Of a stretch of DNA of 64,000 bases, positions 48,583 to 58,599 are shown in pieces. Every line of letters starts with the position of its first letter. Position 1 is the stretch's first letter. The notes under the pieces are model-generated. The model had not been told where the DNA came from, made no database searches, and saw nothing but the letters and a program-made list of their open reading frames with translations. The stretch comes from an uncultured Opitutales bacterium (GTDB lineage: Bacteria; Verrucomicrobiota; Verrucomicrobiia; Opitutales; Coraliomargaritaceae). The stretch covers positions 15,463 through 79,462 of the forward strand of contig CALKBZ010000022.1 of NCBI GenBank assembly GCA_937775295.1, read 5' to 3'. Made by a program: the position numbers and the translations under genes.

Positions 48583-49350
48583 TTAATTCTTCGGAATTGT
48601 TAAGATTTCCGGATCTGCCCCAGTGACGAGGACAGTGTGTTCGAAGTGGGCTGATGGCTTGCGATCGCGTGTTACAGCGGTCCAACCATCATCAAGCATC
48701 TCGATAGCAGCGCCACCAAGATTGATCATCGGCTCGATTGCGAGCGCCATACCAGGCTTGAGTAATGCACCGCTCCCGCGACGACCATAGTTAGGAATCT
48801 GCGGTGCTTCATGCATCGTAGCGCCTACCCCATGTCCTACAAACTCGCGAACGATACCGTAGTTGTGACGCATAATAAAGCGCTGCACAGCATTGGAAAT
48901 ATCACCCACCCGATTGCCAGCCCGTGCAAAAGTAATTGCATAGTCTAGTGCTTCGCGTGTGGCGTTAATGAGTGCTTGGTTCTCATCCACTATTGGTGGA
49001 ATCAAAACCGTGCGTGCATTATCGCCAATAAATCCGCGGTAACGAACTACTACATCGATGGAAACAACGTCGCCACCTTGAATGGCGCGGCGCATGCTAC
49101 CAATACCATGCACGATTTCTTCATTAACAGAAATGCAGGTATAAGCAGGGAAGACGTGTTCGCCGTTACGGTAATTGTAACAAGCGCTTTCAGCCCCCAA
49201 TGCCTCGATGGCCTTGCGGCCAAGTTGATCGAGATCGTAGGTAGTCATCCCCTCACCGACTGCATCGACCAACTGCTTTAAAACAGTTGCTGCGATTTGG
49301 CAGGCTTCGCGAATCGATTGTATATCTTCGTCGGAACGAATCGTTTTCAT
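48583..49350 (-). CDS. map: Type I methionine aminopeptidase
   Basis: CISVNEEIVHGIG, DVVSIDV, FVGHGVG and LAIEPM metal-ligand contexts. Confidence 0.95.
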   Translation of the reverse strand: MKTIRSDEDIQSIREACQIAATVLKQLVDAVGEGMTTYDLDQLGRKAIEALGAESACYNYRNGEHVFPAYTCISVNEEIVHGIGSMRRAIQGGDVVSIDVVVRYRGFIGDNARTVLIPPIVDENQALINATREALDYAITFARAGNRVGDISNAVQRFIMRHNYGIVREFVGHGVGATMHEAPQIPNYGRRGSGALLKPGMALAIEPMINLGGAAIEMLDDGWTAVTRDRKPSAHFEHTVLVTGADPEILTIPKN

Positions 49351-49446
49351 CGGTTTGCAGTACGGGGATTATTCAAAGAACAGGAAATGGAACGGAGAGG
49401 CAACTGGAACGGATGCATCTTCGGAGGTCAGTCGATCGACTGAAGC

Positions 49447-50961
49447 TTAACTTAAGTTAAGGAAGAAGGATACAATCCCGAGGACAAAGAGTGCCACGGC
49501 GATAAACAAGAGCGGACGCCAAGCAGTCCAGAAATCCTGTAAGCCAGCGGAATCAACGAGTTGCTTATTACGTGCAGCAGAACGACCGCGGATCTTGCCC
49601 TTCTTGAGGAATCCATCGTAATGGCGTTGCAACAAGTAGGTTTCGATTTGGCGCATGGTATCAAGCAAGACACCGACCGTAATTAGCATTCCGGTGCCAC
49701 CGAAAAATACTGCAACTGAGAACGGCACATTGTAAGTGAAGAGAAGGATATCAGGAAACAGAGCGATCACAGTCAGCGACAAAGCACCGAATAGTGTGAG
49801 GCGAGTCATGATATAATCTAAGAACTTAGCAGTTGGTTCACCCGGGCGAACGCCAGGAATATAACCACCGTTCTTCTTCAAATCGTCAGCGATCTGAACA
49901 GGCTTGAACATCATCGACACCCAGAAGTAACTGAATACGAAAATCAAGAAGCCGAATACTAGGTAGTAAGCCACCTCACCACGTCCGAGCGAATCAGCGA
50001 CGTCGTTGAAGAAGCGCATCCCAGTGGCAGAGCCCAAGTAGCTAAGGATCTGAGTCGGAAACATCAGAATCGCAGAGGCGAAAATGACAGGCATAACACC
50101 TGCATAGTTAACCTTGAGCGGCAAGAACGAGCTCTGCCCGCCGTAGACCTTACGGCCAACAACACGCTTTGCATATTGAACTGGAATCTTGCGCTGCGCT
50201 TGAGTAATAGCCACGAGACCAGCTGTCACAGCAAACAGTAGAAACAACATCAACACGCCTTCTGGCACACCAAGTGCCGCACTCTCAGAACCCACCGGCG
50301 CTACGAACATCTGATAAGCAGATGCGACCGCAGCGGGGAGCCCAGAGATAATACTGATCGTAATCAACAACGAGATACCGTTGCCGATACCCTTTTCAGT
50401 AATCTGCTCGCCTAGCCAAACCATGATCATGGAACCAGCAGTTAAGAAGATCGTGCCTGTGATCAGGAACTGAACCTTACCTGCAATAACGACATCACCA
50501 TATTCCGCGGGACTAAAGCCTTGGCCAATGATACTGCCCGGGCTGGTGCTGAGCGCAATCAACAGGAGCAGACCTTGAATTACGCAAATCCCTAGGGTCA
50601 AGTAACGTGTGTATTGATTGATCTTCTGACGTCCCACATCCCCTTCTTGCTGCAAACGCGCAATGACAGGAAATACAGCACCGACCAATTGCATAATGAT
50701 CGAAGCACTAATGTAAGGCATGATACCGAGAGCGAAGACAGCACCATTCAGGAGCGCTCCACCGGTAAACATGTTGTAGAGACCGACGAGACCACCACTC
50801 GCTGACGCTTGATCCGCCATAAACTCGCGGATTGGGCCGACATTCATCCCAGGTAGCGGAATATTAGCCCCGACACGTGCGATGAAAAGAAGCGCCAGCG
50901 TGAAGAAAATCTTCTGGCGCAACTCTGGGATCTTTAGAGAATTTGTAAAAGCAGAAAGCAT
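49447..50961 (-). CDS. secY: Preprotein translocase subunit SecY (with extra C-terminal hydrophobic segment)
   Basis: Typical SecY N-terminus (LRQKIFFTLALLFIARVGANIPLPG) and GIMPYISASII. At 504 aa it is longer than the usual length of roughly 440. Confidence 0.93.
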   Translation of the reverse strand: MLSAFTNSLKIPELRQKIFFTLALLFIARVGANIPLPGMNVGPIREFMADQASASGGLVGLYNMFTGGALLNGAVFALGIMPYISASIIMQLVGAVFPVIARLQQEGDVGRQKINQYTRYLTLGICVIQGLLLLIALSTSPGSIIGQGFSPAEYGDVVIAGKVQFLITGTIFLTAGSMIMVWLGEQITEKGIGNGISLLITISIISGLPAAVASAYQMFVAPVGSESAALGVPEGVLMLFLLFAVTAGLVAITQAQRKIPVQYAKRVVGRKVYGGQSSFLPLKVNYAGVMPVIFASAILMFPTQILSYLGSATGMRFFNDVADSLGRGEVAYYLVFGFLIFVFSYFWVSMMFKPVQIADDLKKNGGYIPGVRPGEPTAKFLDYIMTRLTLFGALSLTVIALFPDILLFTYNVPFSVAVFFGGTGMLITVGVLLDTMRQIETYLLQRHYDGFLKKGKIRGRSAARNKQLVDSAGLQDFWTAWRPLLFIAVALFVLGIVSFFLNLS

Positions 50962-51001
50962 GAGTGGTTACTCCAAACGAAGCGATTAAAGGCGTCGGCG
51001 G

Positions 51002-51475
51002 TTAAGCCTCTACCTTCGTTTCAGCTGCAGTAGATACTGCCTCAACGATCTTGCCGCCAGCAGCCTCGATCGCGCTCTTTGCAGAGGCGGAAACCTTAGA
51101 GACTGTTACCGTATATGCTTTCGACACTTCACCGTCACCAAGCAGCTTAACGCCTTGCTTGTTGTCACGGATAAGACCGGCTGCGATCAAAGTTTCGCGA
51201 GAGACAAGGTCCCCATCGAGCTTTGCGAGCTGGCCAAGGTTGACTAGCTGGTAGCTCACCTTGAAGTTGAAGTTGTTGAAGCCACGACATGGAAGTTTAC
51301 GATAGAGTGGCATTTGACCACCTTCGAAACCGATACGGATACCACCACCAGAACGAGATTTTTGACCGTTATGGCCGCGCCCTGCTGTTTTACCGTGTCC
51401 ACTACCTTCACCACGCCCAAGACGCTTAGTAGGATGGGTTGCCCCTTTAATTGTAGGAATGTTTTCGAGATTCAT
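51002..51475 (-). CDS. rplO: 50S ribosomal protein L15
   Basis: KRLGRGEGSGHGKTAGRGHNGQKSRSGG. Confidence 0.95.
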   Translation of the reverse strand: MNLENIPTIKGATHPTKRLGRGEGSGHGKTAGRGHNGQKSRSGGGIRIGFEGGQMPLYRKLPCRGFNNFNFKVSYQLVNLGQLAKLDGDLVSRETLIAAGLIRDNKQGVKLLGDGEVSKAYTVTVSKVSASAKSAIEAAGGKIVEAVSTAAETKVEA

Positions 51476-51486
51476 TATAATAATCC

Positions 51487-52008
51487 TTATGCTTCAGCTT
51501 TATCACCAAAGCGGACGTTTTTAATTTCCTCGTTCGAACGTAGCTGCACGAGTGCTGCCATTGTCGCCTTGACCATTGCAAGGTGATTGTTCGAGCCGAG
51601 AGACTTGGAAAGAATGTTCTTGATGCCGACAGACTCAAGAACCGCGCGGCAACCGCCACCTGCGATTACGCCTGTTCCGTCCGATGCCGGGCGAAGAAGA
51701 ACTTTACCACCGTCGGCTTCACCCAACACGTGGTGTGGGATTGTGTCGCCGCGGAGTTTGATAGTAATAAGGTTCTTTTTGGCTTGTTCTGTGCCTTTAC
51801 GGATCGCTTCAGGAACTTCCTTAGCTTTGCCGTAACCGACTCCAACTTCGCCTTTTTGATTACCTGTGACAACGAGTGCAGAGAAGCTGAAACGGCGACC
51901 GCCCTTTACAACTTTTGCACAACGGTTGATGTGAACCACCTTTTCAACGTATTCTGGTGCTTCTTCTGGCTCTTTCTTGTGAGAGAATGATCTATTTTGT
52001 CTGCTCAT
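51487..52008 (-). CDS. rpsE: 30S ribosomal protein S5
   Basis: [27 protein letters not shown]...[17 protein letters not shown]. Confidence 0.95.
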   Translation of the reverse strand: MSRQNRSFSHKKEPEEAPEYVEKVVHINRCAKVVKGGRRFSFSALVVTGNQKGEVGVGYGKAKEVPEAIRKGTEQAKKNLITIKLRGDTIPHHVLGEADGGKVLLRPASDGTGVIAGGGCRAVLESVGIKNILSKSLGSNNHLAMVKATMAALVQLRSNEEIKNVRFGDKAEA

Positions 52009-52017
52009 ATGGTAACC

Positions 52018-52371
52018 CTAGAATTGTAGACCACCTTCGCGGGCAGCTTCTGCAAATGATTTAACGCAACCGTGGTAGCGACGACCGGAACGGTCAAAAA
52101 CGACAGACTCGATGCCTGCTGCCTTTGCCTTCTCGGCAACAGTCTTACCGAGTGCAAGTGCACTCTCAGCGTTTGCCTTAAGAGTGGAATCTTTAGTAAG
52201 CGATGTAACGTAGACCATAGTGTGGCCTTTTACATCATCGATGCATTGCGCATAGATATGCTTGTTAGAGAATGTGACAGCAAGACGAGGACGCTCGGCA
52301 GTGCCGTTGACTTTCTTGCGAATGCGCCATTTGCGCTTTTGTAACAGAGATTTTTTCTTATCGAGTTTCAT
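52018..52371 (-). CDS. rplR: 50S ribosomal protein L18
   Basis: RPRLAVTFSNKHIYAQCIDD...FDRSGRRYHGCVKSFAEAAREGGLQF. Confidence 0.95.
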   Translation of the reverse strand: MKLDKKKSLLQKRKWRIRKKVNGTAERPRLAVTFSNKHIYAQCIDDVKGHTMVYVTSLTKDSTLKANAESALALGKTVAEKAKAAGIESVVFDRSGRRYHGCVKSFAEAAREGGLQF

Positions 52372-52387
52372 GTTATGTATGCCTCAA

Positions 52388-52924
52388 TTAAGCGGATTTC
52401 TTACCCTCCTTACGACGGACGTATTTGCCGACGATGTGGACGCCCTTGCCCTTATAAGGCTCGGCTGGGTAGTAATTAAAGATAGTCGCTGTGATTTCGC
52501 CAACCATGTGCTTATCAGCACCTTCGATTGTTAGCTTTGTATTCTCAGCGATTTTAACGGTGATACCTTCTGGGATTGTCAGGAGGCATGGGTGGGAGTA
52601 ACCAAGTGCAAGGTCAAGAACGTTACCAGTAAGGACAGCACGGAAGCCGACCCCCTTGAGAACGATCTCTTTTTTGTAGCCTTCAACAACGCCAATCACC
52701 ATATTATTGATGATAGAACGGACAGTGCCGAACATTGCTTTAGCATGACGACTGCTATCAGCAGGAGTCACATTGATTACGCCGTCAGACAACTCGATGT
52801 TCGTAGAACGATCGAAAGTCTTTTCGAGTTTCCCCTTAGGGCCTTCGACGCGGACCGTGTGACCGTCAATAGTCACAGATGCCTTATCAAGGACGGGGAT
52901 AGGAAGTTTACCAATTCTGCTCAT
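52388..52924 (-). CDS. rplF: 50S ribosomal protein L6
   Basis: MSRIGKLPIPV from the ATG at 52924. The listed longer ORF would overlap rpsH. Confidence 0.95.
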   Translation of the reverse strand: MSRIGKLPIPVLDKASVTIDGHTVRVEGPKGKLEKTFDRSTNIELSDGVINVTPADSSRHAKAMFGTVRSIINNMVIGVVEGYKKEIVLKGVGFRAVLTGNVLDLALGYSHPCLLTIPEGITVKIAENTKLTIEGADKHMVGEITATIFNYYPAEPYKGKGVHIVGKYVRRKEGKKSA

Positions 52925-52940
52925 TATAGTAGTCTCAGTA

Positions 52941-53342
<402 letters not shown>

Positions 53343-53384
53343 CTAACTAATGGGTTTTCAGTGGGTGTAGAGTGCCTTGGTGGA

Positions 53385-53690
53385 TTACCAAGACGATTTT
53401 GTCACACCAGGAATCTTGCCTTGTGTGGCAAGTTCACGGAATGTGAGACGAGAGAGACCGAACTTACCAATGAAAGCACGTGGACGACCGGTGACAGAGC
53501 AACGGTTACGTGCACGGATCGGTGAGCTGTTCTTAGGAAGCTTAGTGAGCTTTGCTTGCGCCTTGTAGAACTCCTCATCTGGAGTTTCAGGGTTGGCAAG
53601 GATTGCTTTAAGATTTGCACGCTTAGCGGCGAACTTCTCGATGAGACGGACGCGCTTGAGGTTACGTTGGATTGCTGATTTTTTAGCCAT
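53385..53690 (-). CDS. rpsN: 30S ribosomal protein S14 (long, 101-aa form)
   Basis: [13 protein letters not shown]...[38 protein letters not shown]. Confidence 0.95.
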   Translation of the reverse strand: MAKKSAIQRNLKRVRLIEKFAAKRANLKAILANPETPDEEFYKAQAKLTKLPKNSSPIRARNRCSVTGRPRAFIGKFGLSRLTFRELATQGKIPGVTKSSW

Positions 53691-53705
53691 GAGAAATTCT
53701 TCCTG

Positions 53706-54296
53706 TTATGCTTTAGCGGATGCAGCAGCTGCTTCTTCTTCGGCAACTTCAGTGCTTGTTTTACGAAACGGCATGCCGAAGAGAGCGAGTAGCTCGCGAC
53801 CTTCAGCGTCATTTTTTGCGCTCGTGTTAATGCAAATATCCATACCAATAGTCGCTGTAGTGCCATCAGAACTAATTTCAGGGAAGATCGAGTGATCGGA
53901 AACACCTAGAGTGTAGTTGCCTTGACCATCGAGCTTTGCAGGAACGCCACGAAAGTCACGAATCGCTGGAAGCGAGATTTGAATGAGACGATTAAGGAAC
54001 TCATACATGGCTCGGCCACGCAGTGTTACTTTCACGCCAATCGGCTGACCTTCACGGAGCTTGAAGTTCGAGATACTAAGCTTTGCTTTAGTGGTAACAG
54101 GACGTTGAGCAGCGATCTTACCGATCTCCTGGTTTACGTAAAGGATGTGGTTCTTATCATCAGTCGCGCTAAAGCCCGAATTGATGACGATCTTTTTGAT
54201 CGAAGGAACCTGGTGCTTATTAGCGTAACCGAACTTTTTTATAAGCTCAGGGACGACTTTTTCGGCGTATTGTGTTTTAAGTGCTGGTATTTGCAT
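53706..54296 (-). CDS. rplE: 50S ribosomal protein L5 (short acidic/Ala-rich C-terminal tail)
   Basis: The core is LREGQPIGVKVTLRGRAMYEFLNRLI...RDFRG...DGQGNYTLG. The tail is TSTEVAEEEAAAASAKA. Confidence 0.95.
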   Translation of the reverse strand: MQIPALKTQYAEKVVPELIKKFGYANKHQVPSIKKIVINSGFSATDDKNHILYVNQEIGKIAAQRPVTTKAKLSISNFKLREGQPIGVKVTLRGRAMYEFLNRLIQISLPAIRDFRGVPAKLDGQGNYTLGVSDHSIFPEISSDGTTATIGMDICINTSAKNDAEGRELLALFGMPFRKTSTEVAEEEAAAASAKA

Positions 54297-54404
54297 CGGA
54301 GTTAAGTCGGATTTCTATCCCGACTAGGTTTTGAATGGATTGACGATGTGATTTAAGAAAAGTGCGTGAAAATGAGTAATTTACTCAGCCTGGCAAGCTT
54401 CCAT

Positions 54405-54647
54405 TTACTTAGTCTTCGCGTCGAATTTCTCAGCCAACACTACATTCGAGTAGTGAATCGGAGTTTCGCGCTCGACAGAACCGCCTTCGGGGTTCTCTTG
54501 AGACTTTGGGAGGAATTTAGTGATAAGACTGACGCCTTCGATCACGACGGACTGGCCAGCCTTAACAGACAACACCTTACCGCGTTTGCCCTTGTGTGAG
54601 CCAGAGATGACGACAACTTCTTGTTCGCGTTTAATTGTTTTAGCCAT
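54405..54647 (-). CDS. rplX: 50S ribosomal protein L24
   Basis: The KOW motif VVVISGSHKGKRGKVLSV, positioned between rplN and rplE. Confidence 0.9.
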   Translation of the reverse strand: MAKTIKREQEVVVISGSHKGKRGKVLSVKAGQSVVIEGVSLITKFLPKSQENPEGGSVERETPIHYSNVVLAEKFDAKTK

Positions 54648-54649
54648 GA

Positions 54650-55012
54650 TTAGAGTACCTCCGGTGCTAGAGAGATGATTTTCATGTATTTGGCACGGAG
54701 CTCACGAGCAACCGGTCCGAAAATACGTGTGCCTTTGGGGTTACCATCGGGCGTAAGAATAACAACTGCGTTGTTATCAAAGCGAAGGTAGCTACCATCG
54801 CCGCGGCGAATTGGAGCTCTTGTGCGCACTACTACAGCACGAACAACTTCACCCTTTTTAACGGACGAGTCTGTGGATGCGACCTTGATGTTGCAGACGA
54901 TTACGTCTCCAACGTCAGCTGTGCGCTTGTTTTGACCTAGACGACGGATCATTTCCGCTTCCTTGGCACCTGTGTTATCCGCGATAAAAACGCGGCTGTT
55001 CATCTGAATCAT
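54650..55012 (-). CDS. rplN: 50S ribosomal protein L14
   Basis: [18 protein letters not shown]...[10 protein letters not shown]...[12 protein letters not shown]. Confidence 0.96.
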   Translation of the reverse strand: MIQMNSRVFIADNTGAKEAEMIRRLGQNKRTADVGDVIVCNIKVASTDSSVKKGEVVRAVVVRTRAPIRRGDGSYLRFDNNAVVILTPDGNPKGTRIFGPVARELRAKYMKIISLAPEVL

Positions 55013-55055
55013 ATCTAAATCTCCGTTATACGGTTAAAAGTAATAAACTTAGAGC

Positions 55056-55334
55056 TTATGCTTCGTCGCCTACCTTCGGTGCTCTTTCGAGAACCTTAGT
55101 TACGCGCCAGCGTTTGAGCTTACTAAGAGGACGAGTTTCCATGATCTCAACCTTGTCACCAAGGAAGCAGTCATTTGTTTCGTCGTGTACGTGAACCACT
55201 GTCTTACGCTTAATTTCCTTACGGTAAAGCGGGTGTGGGATCTTGTAGAGGTAAGTGACTTTGATTGTCTTGTCACCGGAACGGCTAGTAACGGTGCCAA
55301 TCAGGGACTTACGGGAATTGCGTATTGCTTCCAT
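55056..55334 (-). CDS. rpsQ: 30S ribosomal protein S17
   Basis: GTVTSRSGDKTIKV...HVHDETNDCFLGDKVEIMETRPLSKLKRWRV. Confidence 0.95.
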   Translation of the reverse strand: MEAIRNSRKSLIGTVTSRSGDKTIKVTYLYKIPHPLYRKEIKRKTVVHVHDETNDCFLGDKVEIMETRPLSKLKRWRVTKVLERAPKVGDEA

Positions 55335-55355
55335 AATAATAGTCGTCTGTTGAGA

Positions 55356-55562
55356 TTAAGCAGAGGCCGCAGCCAACTTTTTCTCTTTAAGAATAGTTTC
55401 GAGGCGTGCGATTTCGCGGCGCAGCTCAGTGAATTCGTGCGGGCGTTCGACCTGACCAGTCTGCTTGCGCAGGCGGAGGTGGACGTGTGCGTCGTGCGTG
55501 TCGCGTAGCTTCTTTTCGATTTCTACTTCGGACATTTCGCGGATATCTTTTGTGGTGCTCAT
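55356..55562 (-). CDS. rpmC: 50S ribosomal protein L29
   Basis: A 68-aa helical protein (LRLRKQTGQVERPHEFTELRREIARLETIL), positioned between rplP and rpsQ. Confidence 0.9.
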   Translation of the reverse strand: MSTTKDIREMSEVEIEKKLRDTHDAHVHLRLRKQTGQVERPHEFTELRREIARLETILKEKKLAAASA

Positions 55563-55595
55563 ATTAAATGATTCCTTTGGTAATGTTGGTTACGC

Positions 55596-56012
55596 TTAGT
55601 ATTCTTCGCGAGTCACGAAGCGGCAGTGGAACGGAAGCTTGGTGTCAGCCAGGCGGAGTGCTTCTTGAGCAGCAGTCTGCGTGCAGCCTGCGATTTCGAA
55701 AAGCATAGTACCGGGACGGATCACAGCGACCCACTTTTCAACAGAGCCCTTGCCTTTACCCATACGAGTTTCAGCTGGCTTTTTTGTTACCGGTTTATGT
55801 GGAAAAACGCGGATCCATACTTTACCCTTACGCTTGAGGCTACGTGTCATTGCGACACGAGCAGCTTCAATTTGTTGGGAAGTCATGCGACCACGAGTGA
55901 GGGATTGGATACCGAATTCGCCGAAAGCGAGCGCGTTACACGACTGGGCTGTTCCGTAGATGCGGCCAGTGTGAACTTTGCGGTATTTTGTGCGTGATGG
56001 AAGATATGCCAT
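55596..56012 (-). CDS. rplP: 50S ribosomal protein L16
   Basis: [13 protein letters not shown]...[20 protein letters not shown]. Confidence 0.96.
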   Translation of the reverse strand: MAYLPSRTKYRKVHTGRIYGTAQSCNALAFGEFGIQSLTRGRMTSQQIEAARVAMTRSLKRKGKVWIRVFPHKPVTKKPAETRMGKGKGSVEKWVAVIRPGTMLFEIAGCTQTAAQEALRLADTKLPFHCRFVTREEY

Positions 56013-56059
56013 GGTTCGCTCAGTTTAAATGATTAAATATGTCGTTAATGACGTGAAAA

Positions 56060-56692
56060 TTAAGCTTCGCCTTCCTCAGGAAGACAGATCCAGCATTTCA
56101 CGCCAATGAGACCATAGACCGTGCTTGCTTCACTGAAGCCATAGTTGATATTGGCGCGAAGTGTCTGAAGAGGCACCTTACCTTGGTGTTGACGCTCGGT
56201 ACGAGCGATATCAGCACCACCGAGACGACCACCACACTGAATACGGATACCTTCCGCGCCCATTGCCATTGTAGTCTGCACAGCGCGCTTCATCGCACGG
56301 CGAAAAGCGATCCGACGCTCAAGTTGAAGGGCAACGTTCTCAGCAACTAGTTGAGCGGAGAGGTCTGGGCGCTTCACTTCTTGGATGTCGAGCATGATCT
56401 CCTTCTTGACGACCTTATTGAGGCCATCTTTCAGTTTGTCGAGCTCTGCACCTTTACGGCCGATGACAACACCAGGACGCGCAGTGAATATCTTCACACG
56501 AATACGGCCAGAGGCACGCTCAATGAAGATACGAGGCACAGATGCATAGCGCAAATTGCTCGTTAGAAATTTACGAATTTCGTAGTCTTCTTTAATGAAG
56601 CCTGGAAATTCTTGCTTAGACGCATACCAGCGTGAATCCCAGTCGCGGGTTACTGCAAGGCGGAAGCCGGTTGGATGAACTTTCTGTCCCAT
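56060..56692 (-). CDS. rpsC: 30S ribosomal protein S3
   Basis: MGQKVHPTGFRLAVTRDWDSRWYA plus KH-domain and C-terminal GRLGGADIARTE motifs. Confidence 0.96.
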   Translation of the reverse strand: MGQKVHPTGFRLAVTRDWDSRWYASKQEFPGFIKEDYEIRKFLTSNLRYASVPRIFIERASGRIRVKIFTARPGVVIGRKGAELDKLKDGLNKVVKKEIMLDIQEVKRPDLSAQLVAENVALQLERRIAFRRAMKRAVQTTMAMGAEGIRIQCGGRLGGADIARTERQHQGKVPLQTLRANINYGFSEASTVYGLIGVKCWICLPEEGEA

Positions 56693-56715
56693 AATAAAAT
56701 CGGTGTCGTGTTAAC

Positions 56716-57051
56716 TTAAGCCTCGTCTGTAAGGACGATACGGATGTTGCTTGTGGCTTTTTTGTAAGGATGCGCGGAACCGCGAGCTGCGGGGCGAAAA
56801 CGCTTAAACGTAGGACCTTGCTCAACAACTGCAGACTCAATAGTGAGTGCATCCGATGACAGGTTGTTATTGTTTTCCGCGTTGGCGATAGCCGACTGAA
56901 GCGTTTTGCTGACGAGACGAGCTGACTTGCGCGGAATAAAGCGCAAGATTTCGACTGCTTCGGCAGCATTACGGCCTTGGATGGCACGGGTGATATCGCG
57001 CACCTTGCGGGGCGACATACGGGCGTATTTGGTATAGGCTTGGACCTGCAT
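56716..57051 (-). CDS. rplV: 50S ribosomal protein L22
   Basis: ARMSPRKVRDITRAIQGRNAAEAVEILRF...VVEQGPTFKRFRPAARGSAHPYKK. Confidence 0.95.
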   Translation of the reverse strand: MQVQAYTKYARMSPRKVRDITRAIQGRNAAEAVEILRFIPRKSARLVSKTLQSAIANAENNNNLSSDALTIESAVVEQGPTFKRFRPAARGSAHPYKKATSNIRIVLTDEA

Positions 57052-57056
57052 GAGAT

Positions 57057-57431
57057 TCAGCTGTTTTGAAGTGTTTTTACGCGGGCAATGTCTCCCGCTT
57101 GAATGGTGGAGTCGTCGACCAGCTCAAGAATAAGTGCTGCGGAGCGGTCGCTTCTAGATTCGATAATAATCAATTCGCCGATCGGTAATGCACCGCGGGA
57201 TACGCGGCATACCATTCCGAGGCGCATACCTTGCTCAAGTCCGCCGTCAAGAATGACGAGGTCTGTGGCAAGAGCAGGAACCACCGTCGAGACGGTAGCT
57301 GCGTTCGGGCTGTAGATCGACTCTTTGACGAAAGCGGGAACTTCCGCACGCACAGCGCTACCGGCAACCAGCGCTCCGAAAAGGAACAGGCTAGCAAGCT
57401 TTGAGTAGCGTTGTGCGGACAAAAGGTGCAT
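57057..57431 (-). CDS. Small secreted protein of unknown function embedded in the S10 operon
   Basis: 124-aa ORF co-oriented with the operon, packed 19 nt after the rpsS stop and 5 nt before the rplV start. It has a Sec-type signal peptide (MHLLSAQRYSKLASLFLFGALVAGSAVRA/EV) and a beta-rich mature domain ending in ...IQAGDIARVK. Confidence 0.6.
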   Translation of the reverse strand: MHLLSAQRYSKLASLFLFGALVAGSAVRAEVPAFVKESIYSPNAATVSTVVPALATDLVILDGGLEQGMRLGMVCRVSRGALPIGELIIIESRSDRSAALILELVDDSTIQAGDIARVKTLQNS

Positions 57432-57450
57432 TACGTAATAAGAGGTTTAC

Positions 57451-57717
57451 TTATTTACTGGCGGCCTGGTGGCCCTTGAACGTGCGAGTTGGCGAGAACT
57501 CCCCGAGCTTGTGGCCAACCATATTCTCAGTCACATAAACGGGCAGAAAGCTGCGACCATTGTGGACGTTGAGGTTGAGACCGACGAAGTCAGGAGTGAT
57601 CGTTGAACGACGAGACCAAGTTTGGATCGGCTTGCGATCGTTGTTGGCCTGAGCCACAGTTACCTTTTTGGCAAGATGCGGATCGACAAAGAAACCTTTT
57701 TTAATTGAACGAGACAT
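57451..57717 (-). CDS. rpsS: 30S ribosomal protein S19
   Basis: [12 protein letters not shown]...[33 protein letters not shown]. Confidence 0.96.
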   Translation of the reverse strand: MSRSIKKGFFVDPHLAKKVTVAQANNDRKPIQTWSRRSTITPDFVGLNLNVHNGRSFLPVYVTENMVGHKLGEFSPTRTFKGHQAASK

Positions 57718-57729
57718 AGCTAAGAGAGT

Positions 57730-58578
57730 TTACTTTTTTTTCTTGAGCTGACGACCGTTACGGCGAACGAGAATCTGCGAATTAGTTGGATTGGACTTCT
57801 TACGTGTCGGGAATCCCTTCGAGAGCTGGCCCCAAGGAGACTGTGGGTGACCACCACCAGAGGTGCGGCCTTCACCACCACCCATAGGGTGATCGACAGG
57901 ATTCATCGCAACACCACGAACGCGAGGGCGACGTCCGAGCCAGCGATTACGACCAGCCTTACCGAGGCTCTGTCCGCTGTGCTCATGATTGCCGACTTCA
58001 CCGATCGTTGCACGGCAACGAGAGTTGAGAAAACGAATTTCACCGGAAGGCATCTTCACCGTCGCACGTTCGCCATCAATCGAAACAAGCTGAGCGGATT
58101 GACCAGCAGAGCGGGCGATTTGAGCGCCACGGCCTGGGTGCAATTCGATTGCGTGAATCTTCGTTGCTGGCGGGATCACTGCGAGAGGCATACTGAAACC
58201 GGGTGAGAACTCGATACGTACGCTGGAGTTGATGAGCTTATCGCCAGCCTTGACACCGCGAGGTGCGAGGATGTAGCGCTTTTCACCATCCGCATAAGCG
58301 AGTAGAGCAATGTTAGCCGTACGATTCGGATCATACTCGATTGCCTGCACGTTGGCTGGGATGTCCAGCTTATCGCGACGGAAGTCGATGATACGGTAAG
58401 CGCGCTTGTGACCACCACCACGACGACGAGAAGTGATACGACCGTAGCAATTACGGCCCTTCTTCTTGTGGTTGTAAGTCGTGAGCTGACGCTCAGGCTT
58501 TTTCTTGGAGACGTCGGCCTTGTTTCGGATTAGGAAACGAGTGCCTGGAGTCAAAGGTCTGGATTTTACGAGTGCCAT
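57730..58578 (-). CDS. rplB: 50S ribosomal protein L2
   Basis: GRNCYGRITSRRRGGGHKR...GGGEGRTSGGGHP.SPWG. Confidence 0.96.
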   Translation of the reverse strand: MALVKSRPLTPGTRFLIRNKADVSKKKPERQLTTYNHKKKGRNCYGRITSRRRGGGHKRAYRIIDFRRDKLDIPANVQAIEYDPNRTANIALLAYADGEKRYILAPRGVKAGDKLINSSVRIEFSPGFSMPLAVIPPATKIHAIELHPGRGAQIARSAGQSAQLVSIDGERATVKMPSGEIRFLNSRCRATIGEVGNHEHSGQSLGKAGRNRWLGRRPRVRGVAMNPVDHPMGGGEGRTSGGGHPQSPWGQLSKGFPTRKKSNPTNSQILVRRNGRQLKKKK

Positions 58579-58599
58579 GATATTTAGGTCTCTATCGTC

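Noticed and set aside
57103-57397. Alternative ORFs (57103..57315 +, 57170..57397 -) overlapping the rpsS-rplV insert.
   Set aside because: Neither has a start aligned with the operon spacing or a recognisable signal. The 57057..57431 frame alone fills the gap exactly and has a canonical signal peptide.
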